Source: Eledone cirrhosa (lineage: Eukaryota). From it: a DNA stretch of 64,000 nucleotides. Positions 51,527-64,000 of this stretch are shown piece after piece. The stretch is taken from the NCBI GenBank assembly GCA_964016885.1, contig OZ024740.1, positions 38,874,001-38,938,000 on the forward strand, given 5' to 3'. The notes below the pieces were generated by a model. That model searched no databases, was not told the origin of the DNA, and saw nothing but the letters and a program-made list of their open reading frames with translations. The stretch's first letter is position 1; every line of letters begins with the position of its first letter. Both the position numbers and the translations under genes were made by a program.

Positions 51527-51531
<5 letters not shown>
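50660..51531. mobile_element. long fold-back element (about 370-bp arms, 130-bp spacer) ending in (TA)n; Penelope inverted pLTR-like
   Basis: 50660-51030 is a near-perfect reverse complement of 51160-51531. Confidence 0.85.
51152..51236 (+). ncRNA. type-I hammerhead ribozyme motif with long stem II
   Basis: TATCTC-CTGATGA-TTTCCA...TGGAAT-GAAA-CCGCCGGGAG-TA-GAGATA; 6-bp stem I. Confidence 0.75.
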
Positions 51532-51584
<53 letters not shown>

Positions 51585-51595
51585 TATATATATGC

Positions 51596-51642
<47 letters not shown>

Positions 51643-51651
51643 CGTGTGTGT

Positions 51652-52055
51652 GTTCAGAGCCATCCTCAGCATTTTCGTGTAGCACCCATCCAACATCTGA
51701 GTGAGTTTTTGGGTCAGTGTCCAAGTCTCAGACCCTTACAGCAGCACAGACTACACTACAGCAACGAAGAGGCGGATCTTCAGGTCTTTACGAAGGTCCG
51801 ACTTCGAAAGTGACACAGAGGAGACTGAGGTTAGCTGGACATGCTCACCGACATCCAGAGTTGACACTGCACTCAGTGCTCATGTGGGAACACCTGCATG
51901 GACACACTAGAAGAGGAAGACCGAGGTTAACATATGTTGATGCCCTAAGGACAGACACTGGTTTGTTAGAGACGCAGGACATGGCAGCGATAATGAGGGA
52001 CAGAGACCGCTGGAGAGAACTCGTCCATGGATCTCGGGAATTTTACCCGCCCTAG
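51652..52055 (+). mobile_element. RTE-group LINE 3' fragment with 5' inversion
   Basis: Minus 51792-51652: RKDLKIRLFVAVV*SVLL*GSETWTLT...LDGCYTKMLRMALN; plus 51800-52055: TSKVTQRRLRLAGH..RH...[16 protein letters not shown]. Confidence 0.85.
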
Positions 52056-52088
<33 letters not shown>

Positions 52089-52131
52089 TGTATGTATGTA
52101 TGTATGTATGTATGTATGTATGTATGTTTAT

Positions 52132-52734
52132 GTCAGTTCACCAGTTGGCGCTACTGGTAACATGTATCCCAGTACAACCTGTCTCGTGGTCGGGTCGTTA
52201 GCGACTAAACTGGCAACCCCACTAAGGTTTCTTGGTGAGGAGGGTGACTTTGGACATCCTGCAGGACTAAAAACAAAACCTGTCAAAGGGTAAAGGAGCT
52301 CTTAAGAGTCAATGGCCATCCAAAATCACCGGGAGAGATGAACCCTTAGCCTTTGTCAAGGCAGAATTCTAGGAGAAGGAAAACTCTGATATAACACCTG
52401 CAACCCTGATGGTATCCAATGATGTTGACTTGTTCTTCTTTTTGGTAAATATCATCTTGGTTAAGAGAGTGGGACTGGCTTTGTGCAGTGCCTTTGCTCA
52501 CGATAAAAGCTTCACGGCACAGGCATTGCTTTATATCTGGAGATCTCACTTGTCGTCACATGGTACCATGGGCCCAGCACTATGTGTCAATAATTGTCAC
52601 AAGTGTAGTGTTTGTACCAGAGTTTTCAAATCGCTGGCTGGACTAAAAAGTCACCCTCGTTCAGCGCATCGGTAGGGGTTCTCCTACATGGATATAAAGT
52701 AGTGGCCGTACTCGAAAACGAGTTGGCAGCCACC
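52132..52734 (+). mobile_element. full-length RTE-derived bipartite element
   Basis: Near-identical to 29158-29768; (TATG)n flanks; C2H2 remnant [23 protein letters not shown]. Confidence 0.85.
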
Positions 52735-52794
52735 ATGTATATATGTATGTATGTATGTTTGTATTGTATGCATGTGTGAGTGTATGTATGCATG

Positions 52795-52857
<63 letters not shown>

Positions 52858-53305
52858 ATATGTCTGTGTATGTATGTATATGTGTCTATGTATGTACATA
52901 TGTGTCTGTATGTGTATGTACATATGTGTCTGTATGTGTATGTATATACGTGTCTTTGTATGTATTTATGTGTCTATGTACATATGTGTCTCTGTGTGTA
53001 TGTATCTATGTATGTGTCTATGTATGTGTCTATGTATGTATGTGTCTGTGTATGTATGTATAAATGTATGTGTGTGCATATATATATATATATGTCTGTG
53101 TATGTATGTATATATGTGTCTGTGTGTGTATGTATATATGTGTCTGTATATATGAAACATATATGTCTGTGTATGCATAGAATTATTTGTGTATATATGT
53201 ATTTGTGTCTGTGTTTGTATGCATGTGTCTGTGTATGGGTGTATGTATGTATGTGCCTGTGTATATATGTATGTATGTATGTATGTGTATGTATGCATGT
53301 GTATG

Positions 53306-53368
<63 letters not shown>

Positions 53369-53385
53369 GTATGTGTATGTACGTA

Positions 53386-53418
<33 letters not shown>

Positions 53419-53597
53419 ATGTATATGTACCTGTGTATGTATGTATATATGTGCCTGTGCATGTATGTATGTATATATGTATATATGTGCCTGTGCATGT
53501 ATGTATGTATGTATATATGTATATATGTGCCTGTGTATGTATGTATGTATATATGTATATATGTATATATGTATATATGTATGTATGTATAAATGTG
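52735..53597. repeat. compound TATG/TG/TA microsatellite
   Basis: Low complexity. Confidence 0.95.
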
Positions 53598-53744
53598 ACT
53601 AAACTTAGACAGACGCAGTATTAAAGTAGTAATATCTTTATCTCAAGTAAAGTTGAATTACATTTCATTACTTTTAACATTTCTTCTCAAATCAGAAGAT
53701 ATTAACATTTGTACAGACACATTCCAATGTGTGGGGGGGGGGGG

Positions 53745-55454
<1,710 letters not shown>

Positions 55455-55737
55455 TGCTGTTGAATAGCCGCCTACGCGTGAGAACTTAAAAATATTTTTT
55501 TGTCCATGCACAGGAACTTTCCTCATTTATATTTATTTGTATTTTCTATTGATCCCAGCTAAATCAATGGACTCTACTGCTGCACAAACAACCTGGAGCA
55601 TCTAAAGCAATACCATCCATTTCATGTCAAATACTCATATATTCATTACTACCTCCGCACTACAAACATGCTCTCTCCCCGCCCCCTCTCTCTCTTACTA
55701 TTCAATCGTTACTAGAACAGCCTATGATCCTATACAA

Positions 55738-56054
55738 CAGGGGTGTGCAACATATTCCATTGGCGGGTCACTTTTGAGCATTGGAACAACTATTAGGGCC
55801 ATTAATATTTATTAAGCACTATTCCAAAGATTCACCACAACTTCTTCCCATAACATGGAACTGGGAAATTATAACACACATAACCCTATCAGTGAAGCCC
55901 TTTAGTATAGGTCAACTAACAGAAAATTGTATTACGGCTACGAAAACAAATTCTAAATAAGTCTACAAGGTAAAAATTAAAAGCGGTCATCGCGGGCCAC
56001 TCTGACTGGTCTGGTGGGCCGGACGGTGACCCGCGGCCGCCTGTTGTACGCCTT
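55738..56054. mobile_element. hAT-like MITE
   Basis: Imperfect TIRs CAGGGGTGTGCAACA / TGTTGTACGCCTTG; subterminal GCGGGCC motifs. Confidence 0.55.
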
Positions 56055-56516
56055 GCTCTAAACTATTTAGTTGTATTGCACTTCTACTAAGGGATTGCGC
56101 AAGGCTAATTAGTGCCCTAAGGTAACCGTAACATGTGCGCCCCATTTTCCCAGTTATGCGCCCAATTCTTTCAAATATAATCATTTCAACTTATAGTTTG
56201 GCATGCTGAAAAACCTAGTTTTGATACTTCTTGCTCTGACTACTCTAAGAAAATTTACTTAGCCTCCATTTTCTACTACACAGCTCACACTCACCCACAC
56301 TAAACATGTTACTGGTCATAAAACCATACGACCCTCACCACCGCTTTGGATATTTCCACAAAAGGTTACGCGGCACAGATTTTTAGTGATTCATTTATTG
56401 ATAGCAAGAAAATATTATTTATTTAAGTTAATTATACAAATTTGTGATCGCAAAAGGTTCAATAATGCACCTGCCCGAGATCTGTGCCCTAGTCAGTTTA
56501 TCAGTTTTCTATTAAT

Positions 56517-56905
56517 GGTAGCACCAGTCATACGCCCTCGTCGACTGCCTAGTTGACTTTAACGGTAGCGCCAGCTATGCGCCCTAGTCGGCTTCCAAGT
56601 TGACCTTAATGGTAGCACCAGCCATGCGCCCTTGTCGACTGCCTAGTTGACTTTAACGGTAGCGCCAGCTATGCGCCCTAGTCGGCTTCCAGGTTGACCT
56701 TAATGGTAGCACCAGCCATGCGCCCTTGTCGACTGCCTAGTTGACTTTAACGGTAGCGCCAGCTATGCGCCCTAGTCGGCTTCCAAGTTGACCTTAATGG
56801 TAGCACCAGCCATGCGCCCTAGTCGACTGCCTAGTTGACCTTAACGGTAATACCAGCTATGCGCCCTAGTTGGCTTCCAAGTTAGCCTTAATAGAAGCAC
56901 CAGCC
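56517..56905. repeat. GC-rich 47-bp minisatellite with alternating A/B monomers (94-bp higher-order repeat)
   Basis: Monomer starts at 56517, 56564, 56611 and onward; about 8 monomers. Confidence 0.92.
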
Positions 56906-57149
56906 TTGTCTTATGTCAATACTATCCAACACAGAGGTCTCCCCTATTTTGTTTCACTGTACATACCCCCACATCCAAACATTACTTTTTTTAACATCAA
57001 ATCACTGTAAATCCATCCCGTCAACGTATTTTCTGCACATATCGATCAGAAGGTATCCCAGTTGAATACAAACACTATCGATCTCTCCCAATCACAGAAA
57101 ACCAGCAAACATCATTGATATTACGTCTCATTCCTCTCAAAGCTATATG

Positions 57150-57325
57150 ACTCTCTCACACTCTCTCTCTCTCACTCACTCTCACTCTCTCTCTCTCTCG
57201 CTCTCTCTCTCTCACTCACTCTCTCTCTCTCTCTCTCACTCTCTCTTTCTCTCTCTCTCTCACTCTCTCTCACTCACTCTCACTCTCTCTCTCTCTCAAT
57301 CTCTCTTTCTCTCTCTCTTTCTCAA

Positions 57326-57371
<46 letters not shown>

Positions 57372-57822
57372 TCTCTCTCACTTTCACTTTCTCTCTCTCT
57401 CACTATCTCCCTCAATCTCTCTTTCTCTCTATCTCTCTCACTCTCTCTCTCTATCTCTATTTCCCTCTCTCTCACACACTCCATCTCTCTCTCTCTCTCT
57501 ATCACACACACACACACTCCCTCTCTCTCATTCTCCCTCTCTTTTTCTCCCCTCTCTCTTCATATATATATATATAAGTTTCAGACCTAATGATATTGGT
57601 AGTCTACACACACACACACACACATACATATATGTGTGTGTGTAAGGTTCAACCTAGTGATATTGGTAGATCACACACACACACAAACACACACACACAT
57701 ACGCACACATAGACACACACACACAGACGCACGCGCGCGCGAGTACAGACACACACACAAACACACACACGCACACACAAACGAATACACACAGACACAC
57801 ACACACACACACACACACACAC
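57150..57822. repeat. (CT)n and (CA)n microsatellite tracts
   Basis: Low complexity. Confidence 0.95.
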
Positions 57823-57989
57823 GATTGTACCATATGTGATGACTAAGCCAATGTGTCTCTGATTGGTTCCGTTAAATACTAAAACCTATTCTGAGTGGCA
57901 CCAATTACTGCCATTCCTAGCAACCAGATAATTTAACATCTGTTCTCTAAATATTGATTTCTCACTTAAGTCTCAGCATAGTATTGAAG

Positions 57990-58179
57990 GGCGGTGGATT
58001 GGCAGTATCGGTAAAGGGTCGGACGCCATGCTTTGACGCATAGAGTTACGTCCCTTTACGGTCTGAGTTCAAATCCCGCTGAGGTTAACTTTGCCTTTCA
58101 TCCTTACGGGAATCGATAAAAAAAAGTACCAGTAATGCACTGGGATAATTGCTGGCCTTGTGCCAAAAGTAGAAACAAT
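57990..58179 (+). mobile_element. full-length tRNA-derived SINE (reference copy); core resembles the Meta/MESC domain
   Basis: GGCGGTGGATTGGCAGTATCGG (A box), GAGTTCAAATCC (B box), GCCTTTCATCC..GATAAAA..AGTACCAG core; TSD TATTGAAG. Confidence 0.9.
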
Positions 58180-58455
58180 TATTGAAGTATGGTTATAATT
58201 TATGAACGTGTCTCACTGTATTACTGGTACCTATGTTAGGCAGATAGTGGAGAAGGTTAAGATGTGTGTTTTTGTGGAAGGGAGGACATTAAGACTTCTG
58301 CAGGAGTAAGTCTAGTAAATTTTCAGCAGTTCATGACTACACATCTTTCACACACACGCACACATACACAAACATACATACACACATGCATACACACACA
58401 CATACGCACACATACACACACACACACACACACACATACATACATACATACATAC

Positions 58456-59866
58456 ATGGTGGCTGCCAACTCGTTTTCGAGTACGGCCACTACTTTATAT
58501 CCATGTAGGAGAACCCCTACCGATGCGCTGAACGAATGTGACTTTTTAGTCCAGCCAGCGACTTGAAAACTCTGGTTCAGACACTACACTTGTGACAATT
58601 ATTGACACATAGTGCTGGGCCCATGGTATCATCTGACGACAAGTGCAGAGAGATCTCCAGATACAAAGCAATGCCTGTGCTGTGAAGCTTTTATAGTGAG
58701 CAAAGGCACTGCACAAAGCCAGTCCCACTCTCTTAACCAAGATGATATTTACCAAAAAGAAGAACAAGTCAACATCATTGGATACCATCAGGGTTGCAGG
58801 TGTTACATCAGAGTTTTCCTTCTCCTAGAATTCTGCCTTGACAAAGGCTAAGGAGTCATCTCTCCCGGTGATTTTGGATGGCCATTGACTCTTAACAGCT
58901 CCTTTGCCCTTTGAGAGGTTTTGTTTTTAGTCCTGCATACATACATACATACATACATACATACATACATACATACATACATACATACATACATACATAC
59001 ATACATGGTGGCTGCAAACTCTGCTAAGAGTATTGCAATCGCTTGTCAGCAAGTATTTCATCCAGCAGGGTGTCCAAATATCACCCTCATACATACATGC
59101 ATACATACCAAAAAAAAAGGTTTGCATCTAATAACTACATATACACATGTACAGATACAAAGCATATACACATGCACACATACAACTCAAAACATACACA
59201 TCCACACATACAATAACATCCATATCTACACATGCATGCATACATACATATCTACCTAGTTGATGTTGTGTAAATTCCAATGAGAGAGTCTTGTGTCTAT
59301 GTTAGAAACCGACTCTCTCTATTGGTAAAACTTTGTGAAATTATAAAACCAGAAGAACATACATACATACATACATGCATGCATACATACATACATACAT
59401 ACATACATACATACATACATACATACATACATACATACATACATACATACATACATACATGGTGGCTGCCAACTCGTTTTCGAGTACGGCCACTACTTTA
59501 TATCCATGTAGGAGAACCTCTACCGATGCGCTGAACGAGTGTGACTTTTTAGTCCAGCCAGCGACTTGAAAACTCTGGTACAAACACTACACTTGTGACA
59601 ATTACTGACACATAGTGCTGGGCCCATTGTACCCTGTAATGACAAGTGCAGAGAGATCTCCAGATATAAAGCAATGCCTGTGCTGTGAAGTTTTTATAGT
59701 GAGCAAAGGCACTGCACAAAGCCAGTCCCACTCTCTTAACCAAGATGATATTTACCAAAAAGAACAAGTCAACATCATTGGATACCATCAGGGTTGCAGG
59801 TGTCATATCAGAGTTTTCCTTCTCCTAGAATTCTGCCTTGACAAAGGCTAAGGGGTCATCTCTCCC
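58456..59866 (-). mobile_element. cluster of RTE-derived bipartite elements (58456-58936, 59005-59087, 59459-59866) in (CATA)n
   Basis: Reverse complements of the 29158 and 30320 families. Confidence 0.85.
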
Positions 59867-59889
59867 ATACATACATACATACATACATA

Positions 59890-61757
59890 ACACAGTCAAC
59901 GCGATCAGTCGCATATTTTGGCGTGGGAGACTATTTATTAAATTTAAGATGAATACTATCTCCGACAGTAATGCCACAATTACAGTCATGTTGAATAACT
60001 GGTTATTCTTCTAACTATATCTTCTGAAGACACATTTTATTCGAATTCGTAGAGATATCCGACTAAATACATAATTCATTTTACAAGGATTTGCTACAAA
60101 CAGCATGGCTGAACACAACATCAACAACAAAATTAAGGAAGTATAGAAGACAAACAACAAGAAAGGTAAACAAACTTTATTCAATTGTTGCTACAGAAGA
60201 AACCGAAATTATAAATTGCATTTCTCTTGGAGTTGCGAACTTAATGATGATTTATTTAATTGTTATAAAATGGCAAAAAACAATCCCTTCATTGGCTATA
60301 TGAACAGAATGAAGCTACACTGGGACGAAATGCACCCAGAGCTAAATTATTTCACAGCGAAACAATTACGCCAACAAGCGACGTTTGTTGAACGTTAAAA
60401 TAAGCTAAATATTATTAATGGTAAGCCCCCCACAACAAATATGGGATCAACAACACGTGCTACAGGGCGCCATGCTACTAGACTTCCTAGCAGCCAGGTC
60501 GAACAGTGCCTTGAAACAACTATGCCTGTAAGAAACTTGACACCACCTGTACCATCTAAGTCTACCTCGAATGCTGGGGAAAACACTATCGATAATAATA
60601 ATAATCGAATAAATGTGACACCACGTATACCATCCGAGTCTACCTCGACTGTTGTGGAAAATACTATCGATAATGATAATAATCAAAAGTATAAACAATT
60701 GAAAATTTCCCTCAACGAAATCTTTCAGAGAGAAATTAATTTATGTATAAATATCTCACTTGCTGAACGTATTAAAACGACGATGTTTAATAAAAAAAAT
60801 AATGAAATAATGAAATATTACGTGTTATTGACGAAATAGGGGATGAATATTTACGACGGATAAAAACCCCAACATTTTGGCAAATCAACGCCTGTTTATA
60901 TGCCTTAGCAACGACAGTGAAGCATTATCTTGGTGATAGCAGAGATATTAACAAGAACAAAACACCACAAAAAATACCATCATATATAACTAAAATAGAA
61001 AAAAAGATTGCTGACCTACGAAAACCATCGGATATGTGACAATGCTCCTTACATGCAAACAAACACAAAAACATTTCACTCCTCGCCAACAAAGAGTGAA
61101 AAATAAAATAGAGACGATGTTTGGTAACAGTAGAACCAGAACTATTCAATATAAGCTGATCACCCTCAAACAAGAATTGAGAGATGTTAGCGAAAAACGC
61201 CGATACCTGAAGAAGGTAAATAAGAGAAAAGTGCTTAATAAAAGATTCAGACGAAACCAAACATCAGTCTATAGAGATATGAAGAACAAAATAATAAGTG
61301 TCATTGAGGCCCCATCCCAGAAAGACATAGATTCCTTTTGGAGCAAAATATGGGGTGAAAAGAAGAATGTCAACCAAGATGAAATGTGACTAAAAGAAAT
61401 CCGAAAGAACTATTACTCCTACACTACAACAAAAACATACGAAATAAGTGAGGGTACCCTTGAGACTGTGATAGGAAAACTCCAAGATAAGAAAACACCA
61501 GGAAGAGACATGATTGTCGGCTACTGGTACAAAAAACTGATATTCTATCGGAGGTATCTTACTGACCTCTACCAACAAGTTCTTAAGGGAGATACACTTA
61601 TACCAGAATGGTTGACATTAGCATAAACATTACTGGTCCACAAGAACAAAGACACTCAGTTGGCAAAAAACTACCGACCCATTGCATGCTAGAACCTGAT
61701 GTATAAGATGTATACAGCCTGCCTGAACCTATTTCTCCAAGATCACTGTGAAAATAA
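59890..61757 (+). mobile_element. second R4/Dong-clade element, 5' half only, decayed
   Basis: Starts after (CATA)n; GYMNRMKLHWDEMHPEL..KQLRQQA; NKRFRRNQTSVYR..PSQKDIDSFW; KTPGRDMIVGYWYK..KNYRPIAC..MYKMYTACLNLFLQDHCENN. Confidence 0.9.
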
Positions 61758-61759
61758 TT

Positions 61760-61961
61760 GTTGAATTCCCGCTGAGATTAACTTTAATTTTCATCCTTCC
61801 AGCAACTACCCCAGTACATTACTGGTACTTTATTTTATCGACCCCGTAAGGATGAAAGGCAAAGTTAACCTCGGCGGGATTTGAACTCAGAATGGCAAGG
61901 GAAATAACTCTATGCGTCAAAGCATGGCGTCCGACCCTCTACCGATACTGCCAATCCACCG
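61760..61961 (-). mobile_element. SINE (with a short plus-strand SINE fragment at 61760-61800)
   Basis: Matches the consensus. Confidence 0.85.
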
Positions 61962-62084
61962 AAATAATATCAGTCAATGACTAATATTATTTTCCTTTTT
62001 ATGGCAAGCACGAGAGACATCTCCATACGTTTACTGGCTTCATTCTGCCTCATCAGCAAAGCATAGTCCTTACCGTAATTGACT

Positions 62085-62340
62085 GCCTCTCTGAATTGAG
62101 AGATCTCAGCTCCGATATTGCGGACATGTGGTTAGAATGTCTCAGGAAAGAATCGCTGTACAGGAAACCAAGGGGTAGACCCCAATAAAGATGGTTAGAT
62201 AACTTCCATGAGCTCGGCTGGTCTTGCTTGGAGATCCAGCCGGATCAATTGGAAACGGTTGCTTCTAACAGGACCCTCTGGTAGGTGAGCTTAAGCACTC
62301 TGCTCCCACTACCCTCCCAGGAATAAATGAAGAGAGAGAG
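62085..62340 (+). mobile_element. RTE 3' fragment
   Basis: GAATTGAGAGATC.CAGCTCCGATATT..GGACAT.TGGTTAGAATGTCTCAG, as at 28118-28170. Confidence 0.75.
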
Positions 62341-63049
62341 AAGGAGAAATCTCTACGTAAATACGTAAGAGGGGACATTTATTGGAGCATAAAATAAATA
62401 AAGATGCCATTCGCAAAGAAAACAATGATTAAGTTCACATATATGATGCAAAGAGCATTAAAAGGTTAACTAGACTATATATCTGTTGAACAGTTGTAGT
62501 ACATAAATGGTTGGTAATATTGTCACTTTTCTATTATGTCTTGCTGAACAGAAAAGCTATTTATCAGCAAAGTAATTACTTTATTCAAAATTACATTTTA
62601 AAAAATAAATTGAATATTTGACAGAACTATGGATTCAACTATTGAAATTCTATAATCGAAACAAACAAAAAATATCTAAGAAAATAATTAATTTCGAATA
62701 ACTTACTTAAATTATTTCACAGCAGCAACTAATGGAAGTTTCTAGTAGGAATCGGGAAGGATAGATATGCAATTTCGTCTCACGTCATCGATGTTTTCAA
62801 TATTATCTCAGAGATTTTCACATATTCTTTGAAGGGTGTTCATAGATAATATCTGTCAAGGTTTGTTGAAACGATAACCAATTTTATAACAGCTTAACAA
62901 GTTAAGATAGCTGAAGTTAGTACCTGGTTACTCTCATCGGACACCAAAAAACAAGGGATTTGGATGTAAATTCTGTAGAATTACAAAATTATTTATTTAA
63001 ATGGTATTTATGATAAATATATAATAGTAAAATAAATATTAAAGAAAGT

Positions 63050-63225
63050 GAGGTGGGTCTGCTAAATCTTTAGGCGAAAGGACTGAAAAATTATATTTTG
63101 TGGAATTTAGTTGTAGTCCTTTGCATTCTGGATTCAAATCCACCGTGATCAACTCTACATTTCATTCTTCTGGGGTCGATAATATAAAGTACTAGTCTAG
63201 TACTGGGGTCGATCTAATCGACTAT
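63050..63225 (+). mobile_element. old diverged SINE
   Basis: TTCAAATCC..TTTCATTCTTCTGGGGTCGATAA..AAGTACTAG..TACTGGGGTCGAT. Confidence 0.6.
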
Positions 63226-64000
63226 ACTTGAATCTATAATATGATGATTAAAAATAATCTTGGATTTACTACACTTCGTTTATACTTTTGCCAAGACCTC
63301 TAAAACTACGCTCGGAGAATTTCTGTCACCGCCAGAAACTTAGAGTCTCTCCCATTTGTCATTCATGGAGGGCTTCCAAAAGGACACTAAGAGATAACCC
63401 CTAACAATCATCGCTTTTCATGAATCTCTATTGATCATGTACTTGAACAGGCAAATAAAAGAGAGCTAGGAATTGATGAAAGAGCAGCGACATTCTCAGG
63501 AAAATTCTAGATAACAACGAATGTCAACCGGCTGGTCTGTTCCAAAGGATCTTAGATGGTGGTGGTGGTGGTGGTGGTTGATGTTGTGGTTGTTGTGGTT
63601 GTTGTTGTTGTTGCTGTCCATAAGTAAAGTGATTTCATCTGTTGACTTTTTATTGTATCCCCGCTGTTATAAAATGAGAATTACAGTTCTACTGTGAATG
63701 ATTCAACTAACATCTCCTTCACTTTACAATAAAAGATTCTTACATCTGCCAGTTCGATAAGATTGCACACTCTTCTGTGTATGCAGTTATATAATTAGAA
63801 TTTCTAACAGAGACTATTTGCGAATTATTCACGGCAAACTCGCCTAATTTATCTCTAAGCTGTTATTTTTACCTAGTTTGAGATATCTAATAATGTTTTC
63901 TATAAATAAGCGGAGCTGGAAAAGCAAAATTGGTACTTGGTTAATGGTTAAATAATATAATTGATTTTCTTTTGGAATGAAAGAGTGACACAAACATTGT

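Noticed and set aside
57990-58080. tRNA gene
   Set aside because: A/B boxes belong to a multi-copy SINE head; no cloverleaf and no oligo-T terminator
62020-62060. CTGATGA-GGC..GCC on the minus strand
   Set aside because: No GAAA after the stem and no stems I/III

Overview
AT-rich eukaryotic DNA made up almost entirely of repeats. The SINE, microsatellite and LINE content suggests an octopod cephalopod (inference). I found no host protein-coding exon, and most ORFs in the track are microsatellite artefacts. The window contains: (1) about 35 full or partial copies of one tRNA-derived SINE, partly in tandem and inverted arrays; (2) a near full-length but frameshifted R4/Dong-type non-LTR retrotransposon (44061-48268, minus), plus a 5'-truncated copy and a related 3'-truncated element (59890-61757), all bordered by (CATA)n/(TATG)n; (3) a family of RTE-derived bipartite non-autonomous elements also sitting in (TATG)n; (4) fragments of CRE-, RTE- and CR1-type LINEs; (5) hAT and Tc1/mariner MITEs and a non-autonomous Helitron; (6) several minisatellites. 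The most notable signal is at least six unrelated short non-coding elements in or beside (TA)n tracts that carry type-I hammerhead ribozyme motifs. These include a U3-A8 core variant and non-canonical stem II closing pairs, and several are fold-back palindromes that break at or near the ribozyme (Penelope pLTR / retrozyme-like). All calls were made by eye, with no folding or database search, and element boundaries are approximate.
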